DNA of 64,000 nucleotides from Candidatus Limnocylindrales bacterium (lineage in GTDB: Bacteria > Desulfobacterota > Binatia > UBA1149 > CAITLU01), in the NCBI GenBank assembly GCA_035571835.1, contig DATNBU010000041.1, positions 11,955 to 75,954 on the forward strand, read 5' to 3'. The notes under the pieces are model-generated. The model saw nothing but the letters and a program-made list of their open reading frames with translations. It did not search any database and was not told where the DNA came from. Below, piece after piece: positions 26,506 to 36,038 of the stretch. The position numbers were made by a program, and so were the translations under genes. Position 1 is the stretch's first letter. Every line of letters starts with the position of its first letter.

Positions 26506-26832
26506 ATGTCGGGCAGGGGCCTTACCAAGATCGCCATCGGCTTTGTCGTGCGCCGCTGCACGCTCGCACTCGGGCATTCACCGAGCGCACACGAGTTCAG
26601 CCAGTGGGCGAACACGGCCGGCGAGTTCGGCGGCGCACTGTTTGGCCGGCCCGTGACGGTCCAGGAAGCCGAAGTGATCCTTCGTCATCAGGCGCGCCCG
26701 GTGACTTCGCGCACGGCGCGGCCTTACGAGTCCGCAACCGACGGCGAGCTTCCCGCGGAGCTGCGTGCTTCCGACGACGTCCGCGACAAGGTCGTCGATT
26801 TTGCGGCGATTCGCGCCCGCCGGGCGCGCTAG
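26506..26832 (+). CDS. hypothetical small protein (108 aa)
   Basis: Tail of ORF 26065..26832 taken from the internal ATG. Codon usage is GC3-rich and the ORF is not antisense to a better gene, but no domain was recognised. Confidence 0.25.
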   Translation: MSGRGLTKIAIGFVVRRCTLALGHSPSAHEFSQWANTAGEFGGALFGRPVTVQEAEVILRHQARPVTSRTARPYESATDGELPAELRASDDVRDKVVDFAAIRARRAR

Positions 26833-26873
26833 CTCCTGCCAGCGACACGCAGGCGCCCTTCGGGCGCGCTGGC

Positions 26874-28160
26874 TCACGCCGCGTGCAGTCGCACCGGCAG
26901 GTGCGAGTAGCCGCGGACGAAGTTCGACCTCACCCGCACGGGCTCGCCGGTCACTTCGACGCGCGAGAAGCGCTTCATGATTTCCTCCCACAGCACCCGC
27001 AGCTGAAGGCGGCCGAGATGCGCGCCGAGACAGAAATGGATGCCGGTGCCGAACGAGAGCTGCTCGCGGGCATTCGCACGGTCGATCTGGAAACTGTTGC
27101 CGTCGGGGAACACCGCTTCGTCGCGGTTGGCCGACAGGTACCACAGCACGACCTTCTCTCCCTGCCGGAATCTGGCGCCGCCATACTCCACGTCGCGCGT
27201 TACGGTTCGTCGCATGTACGCGAGCGGCGTCTGCCAGCGGATGATCTCGTCGACCATGTTCGGGATCAGATCGAGGTTTGTGCGCAGCTTGTCGTACTCC
27301 GCGGGGTATTCGTTGAGCGCGAGCACTCCGCCGGTCATCGAGTTGCGTGTCGTGTCGTTGCCGCCGACGATCAGAAGCACGATGTTGCCGAGGAGCTCGT
27401 ACGGACGCGTATTCATGTCGGCCGTTGCCGGCGCATGCGCGAGCATCGAGAGCAGGTCGAAGTCCGGTGCGGCGGCGGCCCGGTCGTCCCAGATCGCGAG
27501 GAATGTGTTCAGGCACTCGGTAAGCTCGGCCTCGCGCTGCTCCCACGAATCGATGATGCCGTCGCCCGGAACCGCGGTCGTCACATCCGACCAGCGTGTC
27601 AGCTTGCGGCGGTCTTCGAACGGGAACCGAAACAGCGTGGCCAGCATCTGCGTCGTCAGCTCGATGGAAACCCGGTCGACCCAGTCGAACTCCCTGCCGA
27701 TTGGAAGCGAATCGAGCACTGCACCCGCACGCTGGCGGATGAGGTCCTCCATCTGCCGGACCTGGTTCGGCGAAACGCTCGGTCGCACGGCCTTGCGCTG
27801 CACCGTGTGTCGCGGCGGATCCATGTTGATGAAACTGCTGAGGTCCATCATCTCGTCGCTGCGACCCTCGATGCCGTCGAACAGCACGATATTCGGCTCG
27901 GACGAGAAATGTTCCCAGTCGAGCTCGATTGCCTTGATGTCATCGAATCGCGTGATCGACCAGTACGGTCCGAACTCGCTGTCCGGGCAGTAGTGAATGG
28001 GCGCCTCGCGTCGCAGGCGCTCGAAGTACGGCAGCACCGTATCGGTAAGGAAGAGGTCGCGGTCGGCCGGGTTCAGCGTAGCGAGCGGTTTCTCCTCGAC
28101 CTGTTGCCTGGCCTGGTTCACTGCGCTGGCATGGCTCTCGAAAATTTCAGCAAGTCCCAT
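26874..28160 (-). CDS. cytochrome P450
   Basis: Heme-thiolate signature FGTGIHFCLGAHLGRLQLRV and the EIIRW (ExxR) motif. Start MGLAEIFESHA at 28160 with RBS GAGGAG. The longer ORF-track start 29192 was rejected. Confidence 0.85.
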   Translation of the reverse strand: MGLAEIFESHASAVNQARQQVEEKPLATLNPADRDLFLTDTVLPYFERLRREAPIHYCPDSEFGPYWSITRFDDIKAIELDWEHFSSEPNIVLFDGIEGRSDEMMDLSSFINMDPPRHTVQRKAVRPSVSPNQVRQMEDLIRQRAGAVLDSLPIGREFDWVDRVSIELTTQMLATLFRFPFEDRRKLTRWSDVTTAVPGDGIIDSWEQREAELTECLNTFLAIWDDRAAAAPDFDLLSMLAHAPATADMNTRPYELLGNIVLLIVGGNDTTRNSMTGGVLALNEYPAEYDKLRTNLDLIPNMVDEIIRWQTPLAYMRRTVTRDVEYGGARFRQGEKVVLWYLSANRDEAVFPDGNSFQIDRANAREQLSFGTGIHFCLGAHLGRLQLRVLWEEIMKRFSRVEVTGEPVRVRSNFVRGYSHLPVRLHAA

Positions 28161-28303
28161 CGGTGGCTCCTCGATGACGCACGGCGACGACAAGTGTGCG
28201 GGGCATTGGTCCTGTACGGTCAACTGTCCGCGTAGCCTAAAGGACGGCTCGGGTCCAGTGTGAAACAGTCGGGGTGCCGGTCGCGGCGCCGCTCGAGCGC
28301 TCG

Positions 28304-29287
28304 CTACGGCGCACAGCGGCGAGACGCCGCGTCGCGCAATTCGATCCAGCGGCGGATCGCAACCGGCGGCGTCGTGAACACGCAGCGGTCGAGGCCGGGG
28401 TGCGCCAGCATTCGGGCGAGATTGCGCCGGAACCACGCCTGCCGCCGGCGTGAGCAGAAGTCGCCGGTGCGCAGCACGATGACGAGCGGTTCCTCGCTCC
28501 GGCGCGCGAGCTCGTGCTCGAGGTGCGGCGCGACCAGCGCCGGCCACGATCCGAGGTTCGGATTGACGCTCGCCCTGGCGATTAGTGGCCTGTACCACAC
28601 CGGCTGCCATCGAGGAGCGGACGTCGTGAGCGGCACGATCCATGGACCGGCCGCGCCATCGCGCTGAAATGGAACCCGCGGTGCGTTGCGCGTGTCCGGC
28701 AACATCCCGCTCGCGAGGCGGTCGCGCAGCGGAGGCTCCGCCGGCCGTCCCGGCTCCAGACTGAGATCGTAGCGGATTCCCCGCGCCGCGAGCGCACGCA
28801 TCGCCGTATCGTTGAGCCAGCGATCGCCGAAGCGGGATGCTTCGGGCCGACGATCGAAGACCGACGCGAAGGTCGCGACCGCCGTGTCGAGGCAGTGCTC
28901 CATCCATGCGTCGCTGAAGTCGTTGAACCAGTCGCGCGCGTGCGGATGCCATCGCCACAGATGCGGATGAATCCCGGCGTAGTCGCCGTGCGACGCGATC
29001 GTGCCGAGCAGATCGGGCGCGACCGCGAGCGCGTGATCGGCGCGACCCCACGTCTGTTCGATCTGCGGATCGAATCGGAAGAACCAGTTGATGACGACCG
29101 GCGTCGCGGTCCGCTTCTCGAGCTCTCGCCGCGCTGCCTCGATGAGCGGTAACGCCTCGCGCGTGCCTTCCCACCCACCACGTACGCCGCACACCGGCTT
29201 TCGCGCGTCCGGTTCGACGTCGATCAGCCAGAGAACGCAGCGAGGATATGGAAGCGCGGGCAAGCTGGCCTTGCTTACGTTCCGCAC
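28304..29287 (-). CDS. hypothetical protein (conserved Trp/His-rich, no recognisable domain)
   Basis: 327-aa ORF with coding-like composition, lying between the P450 and the secreted protein gene on the same strand. Confidence 0.5.
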   Translation of the reverse strand: MRNVSKASLPALPYPRCVLWLIDVEPDARKPVCGVRGGWEGTREALPLIEAARRELEKRTATPVVINWFFRFDPQIEQTWGRADHALAVAPDLLGTIASHGDYAGIHPHLWRWHPHARDWFNDFSDAWMEHCLDTAVATFASVFDRRPEASRFGDRWLNDTAMRALAARGIRYDLSLEPGRPAEPPLRDRLASGMLPDTRNAPRVPFQRDGAAGPWIVPLTTSAPRWQPVWYRPLIARASVNPNLGSWPALVAPHLEHELARRSEEPLVIVLRTGDFCSRRRQAWFRRNLARMLAHPGLDRCVFTTPPVAIRRWIELRDAASRRCAP

Positions 29288-29329
29288 GGCGCCGACTCCA
29301 CAGGTCTACGAAGACGTTACGCGGCTTTG

Positions 29330-30230
29330 TTACGGATCGGGCTGATATTCGTAGTGCCAGGGTTCGTTCGGGTTCTCGAGAGGACCGGTAAACCTGCTGC
29401 TGGCCGCATGGACCGCCTGTGACAGCTTTTCTGACCAGCCCTGATCTTGCCAGACTGCGGCGACGGTCGAAGATCTGGTATCGGCGATGGTGCGTCCGGC
29501 CTTGTCGAGGATCTGAAAGTCGTATGCGCGCCCTCGTCCGTGCAGCGACAGGCCCGGCGCCATCACGGTGGTCCGGCGCGACGGCCGCCAGCCGTTCAGG
29601 AAATCGCGGAAGCGCCTGACGGAAGCCTCGTCCGGCTCTGCTGCGTACGATCTGTCGGCCAGCGTTGCCAGTGCGTGCGCCCGCAGCTCGGCGGCTGCGC
29701 TCCCCACGGAGCTCTCCGTCTGCCAGAGCAACAGCTGTTCTTCGATGCTGCGAGAGCGTGTATTCGCGCGCAGAAGATATCCCGGATTGTCGGTCGAGAA
29801 GCGGGTGGTAATTTTTTCGATTTCGGCCAGCGCCTGCGTGTACTCCGTCGATCGTTCGTAGGCTTTGATCTCTTCGTTCGTCCAGCTCCAGCGCTCGGCG
29901 ATCGGGCTTCGCGCACGCAGATAGTAGGTCATCGCGAGGTAGCGCCGGTCCTTGTCGGTGATCTTCGACAACGCATCGAGCTGATCGACGCCGAGGAACG
30001 CCGACGCGGCGAGCATGTAGGCGTCGAGCTGCTGCGCGCGGTCGGTGTCAGCGGCGGATTGCGGTGGAGTGCTGGCGGATGGCGCTGGAGTGCTGGCGGC
30101 GCGGGCAGCGGCAGCAGGAGGCTCGGCTGCGTAGCTCGGGACTGTCAGGGCGAAAAGAACGCAGCCTGCCGCGGCGATGCGGGAAATGCGGGATCCGGCA
30201 TTTCGCCCTCGGCCACGGAATTCTTCGGAT
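29330..30230 (-). CDS. secreted hypothetical protein with C-terminal S-x-H-x-x-G-x-A-x-D motif (possible LAS/M15-like metallopeptidase); start codon unresolved, possible frameshift
   Basis: A signal peptide (RISRIAAAGCVLFALTVPSYA/AEP) is present in frame, but no in-frame ATG/GTG/TTG lies between it and the upstream AP-family stop. An ATG overlapping that stop (ATGA) is in the +1 frame and terminates after 30 codons. Confidence 0.45.
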
Positions 30231-31403
30231 TCATCGATAGAGCGAGACTCCCTCGATCTGCGTCGTCGTGCGCCAGTCGACGCCGAACATGTCGAGCAGG
30301 GTCGGCGTGATCGACGTGACGTAGACGTTCGGCACGGCGTCTTCGGCCGGCATCGGCTCGTCGAGGCATTGCTGGGGCGACTCGCAGGACGCGCAGTAGT
30401 CGTCGGCGGTGCGTACTGGAACCTGGTCGGTGTGCAGCGTGACGTTGTGCGCGCCCAGCCACGTATTGAAGACGACGCGGCCGGCGCCGCGGGCATGCTG
30501 TACGCGATGGAAGCCATGATCGGTCGTCACCAGGATCGCTGCGTCACCCCAGCCGTAATGCCGGAGCATCTCCATCAGCATGTAGAGCTTGCGATCGGTT
30601 TCGGTGATGACTCGGCGATACGCGCGCGAGTCGGCGCCGCTTCGATGCCCGGTCCAGTCGGTCGTTTTGAAATGGAGGAACATGAAGAAGTAGGTCTCGC
30701 CGAGGCCCATCTCCAGTTCGTCCTGCTTCCATTTTTCGAAGCTTCTCTCGGCGTGACGAAGCGGCCCGGGGTTCATTCCGTCGCCGTTGCCGTGTCCGGT
30801 CGCGACCTGCAGCGCACCGCTGCGCCGCGCCCAGTTGTCGATTGCCCGGCCGACGTATTTCCTGTCGCTCGACTGATGCGTGCGCAGGATGGTTCCGTCG
30901 CGCTCTCCGAATTCGTTCGGCGGATCGAAGGCGTCCATGAGAATCTCGTAGATCGTGATCCCCGGAGCGATCGGCCCTTTGGTCTCGTTGCCGACGAGCC
31001 CGTGCGTCTCGGTATTGAGGCCGGTCAGCATCGACGTATGCTGCGGCTTTGTCATCGTCGTGCCGTCGTTGGTGGTGTGACTCGCGATCATCTGGAACGG
31101 CGCGTATGCGGGCGACCCTTCGGGCGCATCGAACGGCACTGCGCCGCCGAGAGCCGGCAGGCACGTGTAGACGGCATTGCCTTGCGCATCACTGCGTCCG
31201 GTCGCGACCGGGAACACGTCGCCGCCGTCCCAGCACGGCTGCAAAGGATCGCTGCGCTCGAGCAGGTCGAAAAGCACGTCGCGACGTACGCCGTCCCAGC
31301 TGACGAGCACTGCACGATGATAGTCGCCCCACGGCGACATCTGCGCGAATGCTGCGACAGGAATCAGCAACGCCGCCAGTATGAAAAAAGGGGACAGGTA
31401 CAT
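30231..31403 (-). CDS. alkaline phosphatase superfamily protein, nucleotide pyrophosphatase/phosphodiesterase (NPP)-like
   Basis: Signal peptide MYLSPFFILAALLIPVAAFA. TKPQHTSMLTG resembles the NPP nucleophile motif PTKTFPNHY..VTG, with a metal-ligand-like DHG/HGF segment. Confidence 0.65.
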   Translation of the reverse strand: MYLSPFFILAALLIPVAAFAQMSPWGDYHRAVLVSWDGVRRDVLFDLLERSDPLQPCWDGGDVFPVATGRSDAQGNAVYTCLPALGGAVPFDAPEGSPAYAPFQMIASHTTNDGTTMTKPQHTSMLTGLNTETHGLVGNETKGPIAPGITIYEILMDAFDPPNEFGERDGTILRTHQSSDRKYVGRAIDNWARRSGALQVATGHGNGDGMNPGPLRHAERSFEKWKQDELEMGLGETYFFMFLHFKTTDWTGHRSGADSRAYRRVITETDRKLYMLMEMLRHYGWGDAAILVTTDHGFHRVQHARGAGRVVFNTWLGAHNVTLHTDQVPVRTADDYCASCESPQQCLDEPMPAEDAVPNVYVTSITPTLLDMFGVDWRTTTQIEGVSLYR

Positions 31404-31727
31404 TTAAAAAACCGCTGCAAATTCAGCTGAGCCAACTATGAGAAGTGGCTGACGATGTTGTCAATGCGGTAAGCCGGGCCAAACCCCGCGGGCGAGTCGG
31501 AAAGCTCATTCGCTCGCCGGCTCCGACGCCGCGCGCGCACGCCGAGGCATTCCGTGATCAGTACGGCGCGTTTTTCAGCGTAGCCGACGCAGCGGCGGAG
31601 ATGCGTCATCGCGGCGTTCGCCGGGGCGTCGGCATCATCTGCGGGCCAGCGCGGTTTTTTTTGCATCGGCTGTCGGATTGAACCACTGCGGTTCGTCCTC
31701 GGATCAAAACCTCGCAGGAGCGTCGCC

Positions 31728-32174
31728 ATGTCGTCACACACCATTCGTCTTCACCGCGTTCTCCGTACTACGCCCGAGAAGCTCTACCGCGCGTTCCTCG
31801 ATGCCGACGCGCTGTGCAAGTGGCTCCCGCCGAACGGCTTCACGGCCAGGATGCATGAGCAGGACCCGAAAGTCGGCGGCACGTTCCGCATGTCGTTCAC
31901 GAACTTCACGACCGGACACAGCCATTCGTTCGGCGGGACATATCTGGAGCTCGATCCGGGCGGACGCATTCGCTACACGGATCGCTTCGACGACCCGAAT
32001 CTTCCCGGCGAGATGACGGTCACCGCGACGCTGAAACAGGTGTCGTGCGGTACCGAGCTCAGCGTCACGCAGGAAGGAGTTCCGGCCGTGATTCCGGAAG
32101 AGGCCTGCTATCTCGGCTGGCAGGATTCGCTCGACCAGCTCCAGAGGCTCGTCGAGCCGGAGATTCCCGATTGA
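31728..32174 (+). CDS. SRPBCC superfamily protein (Aha1/activator of Hsp90 ATPase-like domain)
   Basis: LHRVLRTTPEKLYRAFLDADALCKWLPP is a typical AHSA1/SRPBCC N-terminal segment. Confidence 0.65.
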   Translation: MSSHTIRLHRVLRTTPEKLYRAFLDADALCKWLPPNGFTARMHEQDPKVGGTFRMSFTNFTTGHSHSFGGTYLELDPGGRIRYTDRFDDPNLPGEMTVTATLKQVSCGTELSVTQEGVPAVIPEEACYLGWQDSLDQLQRLVEPEIPD

Positions 32175-32587
32175 GCGCAACATCCGCCTCCCAATCGATC
32201 GACGGCAAGATCAACGAGCTCGGCGACTGGCGCGGAAAGACGCTCGCCGACGTGCGCCGGATCATCCACGACGCTGACCCGCAGATCGTGGAAGAATGGA
32301 AGTGGAGGGGAACTCCGGTCTGGTCTCACGACGGCATCGTCTGCACGGGAGAGACGTACAAGAGCGTCGTCAAGATGACGTTCGCAAACGGAGCGGCGCT
32401 CGAGGACCCTTGCGGTCTTTTCAACTCGAGCCTCGACGGCAACGTGCGGCGCGCGATCGACATTCACGAAGGCGACGCGATCGATGAGACCGCGTTGAAG
32501 GACCTGATCCGTGCGGCCGTGGCTCTCAATCGCGAGCGCAAGAGCCGGCCGAAGGCCCGGCGGGCGGGCAAGCCGGCAGCGGAATAG
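32171..32587 (+). CDS. DUF1801 (YdhG-like) domain protein
   Basis: GDWRGKTLADVRRIIHDADPQIVEEWKWRGTPVWSHDGIVC...VKMTFANGAAL matches the DUF1801 pattern. TTG start overlaps the upstream stop (TTGA). Confidence 0.55.
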   Translation: MSATSASQSIDGKINELGDWRGKTLADVRRIIHDADPQIVEEWKWRGTPVWSHDGIVCTGETYKSVVKMTFANGAALEDPCGLFNSSLDGNVRRAIDIHEGDAIDETALKDLIRAAVALNRERKSRPKARRAGKPAAE

Positions 32588-32789
32588 GTCTTCCCTGTAT
32601 CCTTTGATTGCTGGCGGAGAGCCCTGTCGGCAGCGACGAGGCGAAGTGGACGACGCCGAAGTGCGGCTTGGTTCCCCCACCTGCGCGCCGCCCAGGCTGG
32701 TCACGGAAATTCCGGATCGCCACGGCCTCCCGCTTGGCGACGCTCAACCTGCCGTAATTACGGGTAAAAGTGCCTCCCGCACTCATGGG

Positions 32790-32819
32790 TTACAAGAATG
32801 TCAGTAAAAGTCCTATACT
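32790..32819 (+). promoter_or_regulatory. sigma70-like promoter candidate (-35 TTACAA, 18-nt spacer, -10 TATACT) in an AT-rich pocket
   Basis: Local GC drops sharply at 32780-32830, and both hexamers with their spacing are read directly. Confidence 0.35.
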
Positions 32820-32926
32820 ATTGAAAACGGTGTAAGTAGCTTCGCGCCGCAGCTGCCGGGTCGCAACCAGCCGACCGACCCTGGACGGGTCCGACCCGGA
32901 AACACGGCTGCTGGGGAGCGAACGCC

Positions 32927-33094
32927 ATGTCCACCATCGACCATCAGGACCACTCGCAGTGGAACATCTACGGCGCCGGATTGGCCATACTCGCACTCGC
33001 CGCGTTTCTGACGGCTGCTGCAGCCGGAGTCTCGCTCGCCGCGAGCTCCGACGGCTACAGCGACGATGTGAGAACTACGCATATCCTCGCGTAA
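32927..33094 (+). CDS. small predicted membrane protein (55 aa, one TM helix)
   Basis: RBS GGGGAG lies 7 nt upstream of the ATG. Translation MSTIDHQDHSQWNIYGAGLAILALAAFLTAAAAGVSLAASSDGYSDDVRTTHILA. Not in the ORF track because it is under 60 aa. Confidence 0.35.
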   Translation: MSTIDHQDHSQWNIYGAGLAILALAAFLTAAAAGVSLAASSDGYSDDVRTTHILA

Positions 33095-33353
33095 CAGAGG
33101 ATCGGGTCTGCTCGCACCTTTGCCCGCAGAACGCTTCTTCTCACGCCGCGCGCGCGGGCAGCATGCGTTCGGTATTGATCCGGAGCTGCCGGGACGGCCG
33201 TTCGCCTGGCGGGCACAACGAAAGCCGGCGAGCACGTTCGAAGCCGCCGGAGAGATGCTGGCGTTGACGCTGAGCGGACCGGCAGTCGCGCCGCCGAACG
33301 CAAACGAGAAACTGCCGCCGCAAAGCTTTGAGTCATTGTGATCGTTGGCCGGA

Positions 33354-34355
33354 TCATCGCCGCCTCCGGTCCGCGCGCTTGTGCGGCTTCTGCAACTGCA
33401 CCGCGTCGCAGAACTCCCTGAGCTCGTCCTGAAGCGGGCCCGGCCCGGCGAAACCCATGTCTGCGGCCGCGGCATCGATGTCTCCGAACTGATCCGACAA
33501 CGCGGAGATGGTCTTGCCGTGACAGCTCGCTGTTCCCGGCGTTCCTGCGCCGGGAACAGTCTGGCCTGCCAGCGAGACGGTCATGTTGAACGTGTGAACC
33601 GGCGCTCCGCCGACGATGTCGGTTCCGATTCGCAGCCAGTCCGGTCGCAGAGCGGAGTTGCGGATCCACGCCTGCAGGTCGCCGAGGAACGTCGTGCCGG
33701 GCGATACGATCGGCTTCGGCGCCGACAGGAACAGGAAGTCGCCGCCGGTCACCTGAACTTCCGGGCGGAAGAAATAGTGTTCCGCCGGCAGCACGATCGG
33801 CGGCGTGAAGCGCATCGTGATTTGAACCGCTTTGCCGCTTGTCGGGCCGTCGCCGTTGGTCTGGTTCGCCGGTGCCGGATGAATCCCGTCCACGACGCTG
33901 TTCGCAGCGGCGAAGCTCGCCTCGAGCAGATCGACGTCAAACGCGAGCGTTCCCTCGGCCCCGTCGCGTGTCGCGCTGTCGATCTCGACATCCGACGGAG
34001 AGTTCACGCGCGACGGAACGGCGGTCGACGCAGGGACCGCCGAATCCCTCGGGAACACGTGATAGATCTCGATCTCGACGTCGCCGATATCTGCGACCGA
34101 CGCTCCGTCGGGAATCAATCCGACGATCGTCGCCTCGGAGATCACCGTGGTTTCGCCCAGAAGAAAATCGTCGGCAGTTTCGGTTTCGAGTGTGCGGCTC
34201 GCGGCCGGCTGCGACAGCGCTGCGAGCAGGCCGTCGGCGTCGTTGGTGCTGAAGAAGAATGGATCTGCCCATGCCGGCGTCGCCGCCCCGGCGGGAACAA
34301 ACGCAAGCAATGCGATGGCGCAGAATCTCCGGATTGTCGTGTGTGATCGATTCAT
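33354..34355 (-). CDS. secreted hypothetical protein
   Basis: RBS GAGGAG precedes signal peptide MNRSHTTIRRFCAIALLAFVPAGAATPAWA. Confidence 0.6.
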   Translation of the reverse strand: MNRSHTTIRRFCAIALLAFVPAGAATPAWADPFFFSTNDADGLLAALSQPAASRTLETETADDFLLGETTVISEATIVGLIPDGASVADIGDVEIEIYHVFPRDSAVPASTAVPSRVNSPSDVEIDSATRDGAEGTLAFDVDLLEASFAAANSVVDGIHPAPANQTNGDGPTSGKAVQITMRFTPPIVLPAEHYFFRPEVQVTGGDFLFLSAPKPIVSPGTTFLGDLQAWIRNSALRPDWLRIGTDIVGGAPVHTFNMTVSLAGQTVPGAGTPGTASCHGKTISALSDQFGDIDAAAADMGFAGPGPLQDELREFCDAVQLQKPHKRADRRRR

Positions 34356-34709
34356 GACGGTCTCCTCTTGGGTGATTGTTGTTGGGGAAGGCGGAAACGA
34401 TTCCCGGTTCGAGTTCCGGCAGCGCTGCCTATCGACAACTACGAGTGGACGAACGGGAGGTTTCGCCTGGATCAAAGTCTTGCGCGCATTCACCGCCGCG
34501 TTTCATCATGAAGCCGCAGCGCGCAGCGTGGATGACGACGTGGCTGACGAAGGCGATCAGCGGTGCGAATGACAACGACGTCGTGCTCGTGACCGTTGCC
34601 GGTGCGCTGCTGCCTCGGCGTGGACGACAGCGCGAGAATGGAAAGATCGCGGTGACGACGACGTCGCCGCCATCACCGCGAAGGCAGGATCACGAAAGGG
34701 AAGGATTCG

Positions 34710-35402
34710 TCAGCGGCTTCGGACCGAGAGCAGTGCCTGTCCGAGCAGCGCACCGAGGCCGCCGAGAATGCCGAGCGGCAGCACGTGTCCGAGCAGCAGA
34801 TGCGGCACCGAAGCGACCGGACACCACAGATCGAGCGGCACCCACGCGCACGCACCGCACGCCACGCCAATGACCGCGCCGTTGAGCGCGGGATGCGCCG
34901 GCGCGCTGCGGCGCACGGCAAGAAATGCGAGCAAGGGTCCGGCCGCGACCAGCATCGTCAGCGAAAGGCATCTCAGTCCCGGCCGCGCGGGCCACTGTGC
35001 CATCGGATCGCCGAATCCGAGGCTGCAGACGACCTTCCACGCGAACAGCGCGAGCGGAGTCAGTGCAATTGCGCCGACGAGCCAGGTGCGAGGCCGTCCG
35101 AGCATCGACCGCCCTCTGGAAAGTGCGAGCCATGTGGCGGTCAGCGCAATCGCGAGTGCGCCGCCGGCTGTCATCCCTACGAGCCAGACCGATCGCTCCA
35201 CATCGTGCTGCGGTGCAATCTCGCCACCGAGCCTCACGAGTTGTCCCTGCGACGTGAACATCGCGAACACGACGAATGCGGCCAAACCGCTCGCGACCGC
35301 CAGCAGCCCGACAAGAATGTTGCGACGACGGACCGCCGCGCGCGTCGGCGAAGCCTCGGCCGCTACCGATTCCAGAACCCACGCTTTGAGATCCGCGCTC
35401 AC
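34710..35402 (-). CDS. anti-sigma factor, NrsF/DUF1109-like membrane protein
   Basis: GTG start overlaps the sigma-factor stop (GTGA). A multi-helix hydrophobic body follows a short cytoplasmic N-terminus, as in NrsF-family anti-sigma factors. Confidence 0.6.
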   Translation of the reverse strand: MSADLKAWVLESVAAEASPTRAAVRRRNILVGLLAVASGLAAFVVFAMFTSQGQLVRLGGEIAPQHDVERSVWLVGMTAGGALAIALTATWLALSRGRSMLGRPRTWLVGAIALTPLALFAWKVVCSLGFGDPMAQWPARPGLRCLSLTMLVAAGPLLAFLAVRRSAPAHPALNGAVIGVACGACAWVPLDLWCPVASVPHLLLGHVLPLGILGGLGALLGQALLSVRSR

Positions 35403-36004
35403 AACGGGCCGCCTTCTTCGCGAAGCACCGCGCGCAGCGCCCGGTATGCGCGATGCGTTCTCAGCTTCACGGCGGGTATCGTCGTGCCGAGCAGCTCTGC
35501 TGCCCGTTTGAGACTCATCCCTTCCTCCTTGACGAGGCGGTACGCGGTGCGATGGCTCTCGGGCATGGCGTCGAGGCGCTGCTGTACGCGGTGCTCGACG
35601 CGATGTGCATCGAGCAGGTCGGCCGTAGACGCGGCGTCGGTCTGTCCGCCCGCAATCCGGTCGTCCTCGACGGAAGTGTCCACCAGGAAGCCGAGCTCGA
35701 CGTTTCGACGCCGGGCGCTGTCGATCATCAGCCGCTTCGCGACGGCAAGCGCCCACGGCATGACCGGGGCACCGGGAATGAACGTGCCTCGCGCGCGATG
35801 AATCTGCAGAAATGTCTGTTGCATGAGGTCCTCGGCCGCGACGTCGTCACGCGTCGCCTTGCGCAAATATCCGATCAGGCGCGGTGCAATTGCGTCGTAG
35901 AGCTCCGCAAATGCAGCGTTGTCGCCGTTGGAGTAGCGCTCCATTGCTGCGTCGGCGCCTGCTGCGCGCGGGTTCGCCGCGGACTGCAATCGAGCCTCCT
36001 CCAT
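35399..36004 (-). CDS. ECF (extracytoplasmic function) RNA polymerase sigma-70 family factor
   Basis: Region 2 FAELYDAIAPRLIGYLRKATRDDVAAEDLMQQTFLQIH and region 4 RTAYRLVKEEGMSLKRAAELLGTTIPAVKLRTHRA (HTH). Confidence 0.8.
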   Translation of the reverse strand: MEEARLQSAANPRAAGADAAMERYSNGDNAAFAELYDAIAPRLIGYLRKATRDDVAAEDLMQQTFLQIHRARGTFIPGAPVMPWALAVAKRLMIDSARRRNVELGFLVDTSVEDDRIAGGQTDAASTADLLDAHRVEHRVQQRLDAMPESHRTAYRLVKEEGMSLKRAAELLGTTIPAVKLRTHRAYRALRAVLREEGGPL

Positions 36005-36011
36005 GTCGGTA

Positions 36012-36038
36012 GTACGAACCGGGATCACACAGGTTTCT
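36012..36038 (-). promoter_or_regulatory. putative autoregulated ECF-type promoter (GAAAC, 16 nt, CGTAC) immediately upstream of the sigma factor ATG; the mRNA would be near-leaderless
   Basis: The minus strand reads GGAGAAACctgtgtgatcccggttCGTACtaccgacATG, matching the ECF -35 GGAAC-like and -10 CGT-like arrangement. Confidence 0.35.

Noticed and set aside
30231-30517. N-terminal 95 aa of ORF 29330..30517
   Set aside because: It overlaps the NPP-like gene in another frame and is S/T/R/P low-complexity sequence. The real protein begins after 30231 with a signal peptide.
31436-31744. ORFs 31436..31744 (-) and 31445..31681 (+) between the NPP-like and SRPBCC genes
   Set aside because: They are mutually antisense with no domain or RBS, and low-complexity. 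The T8 run at 31653 is not preceded by a convincing stem.
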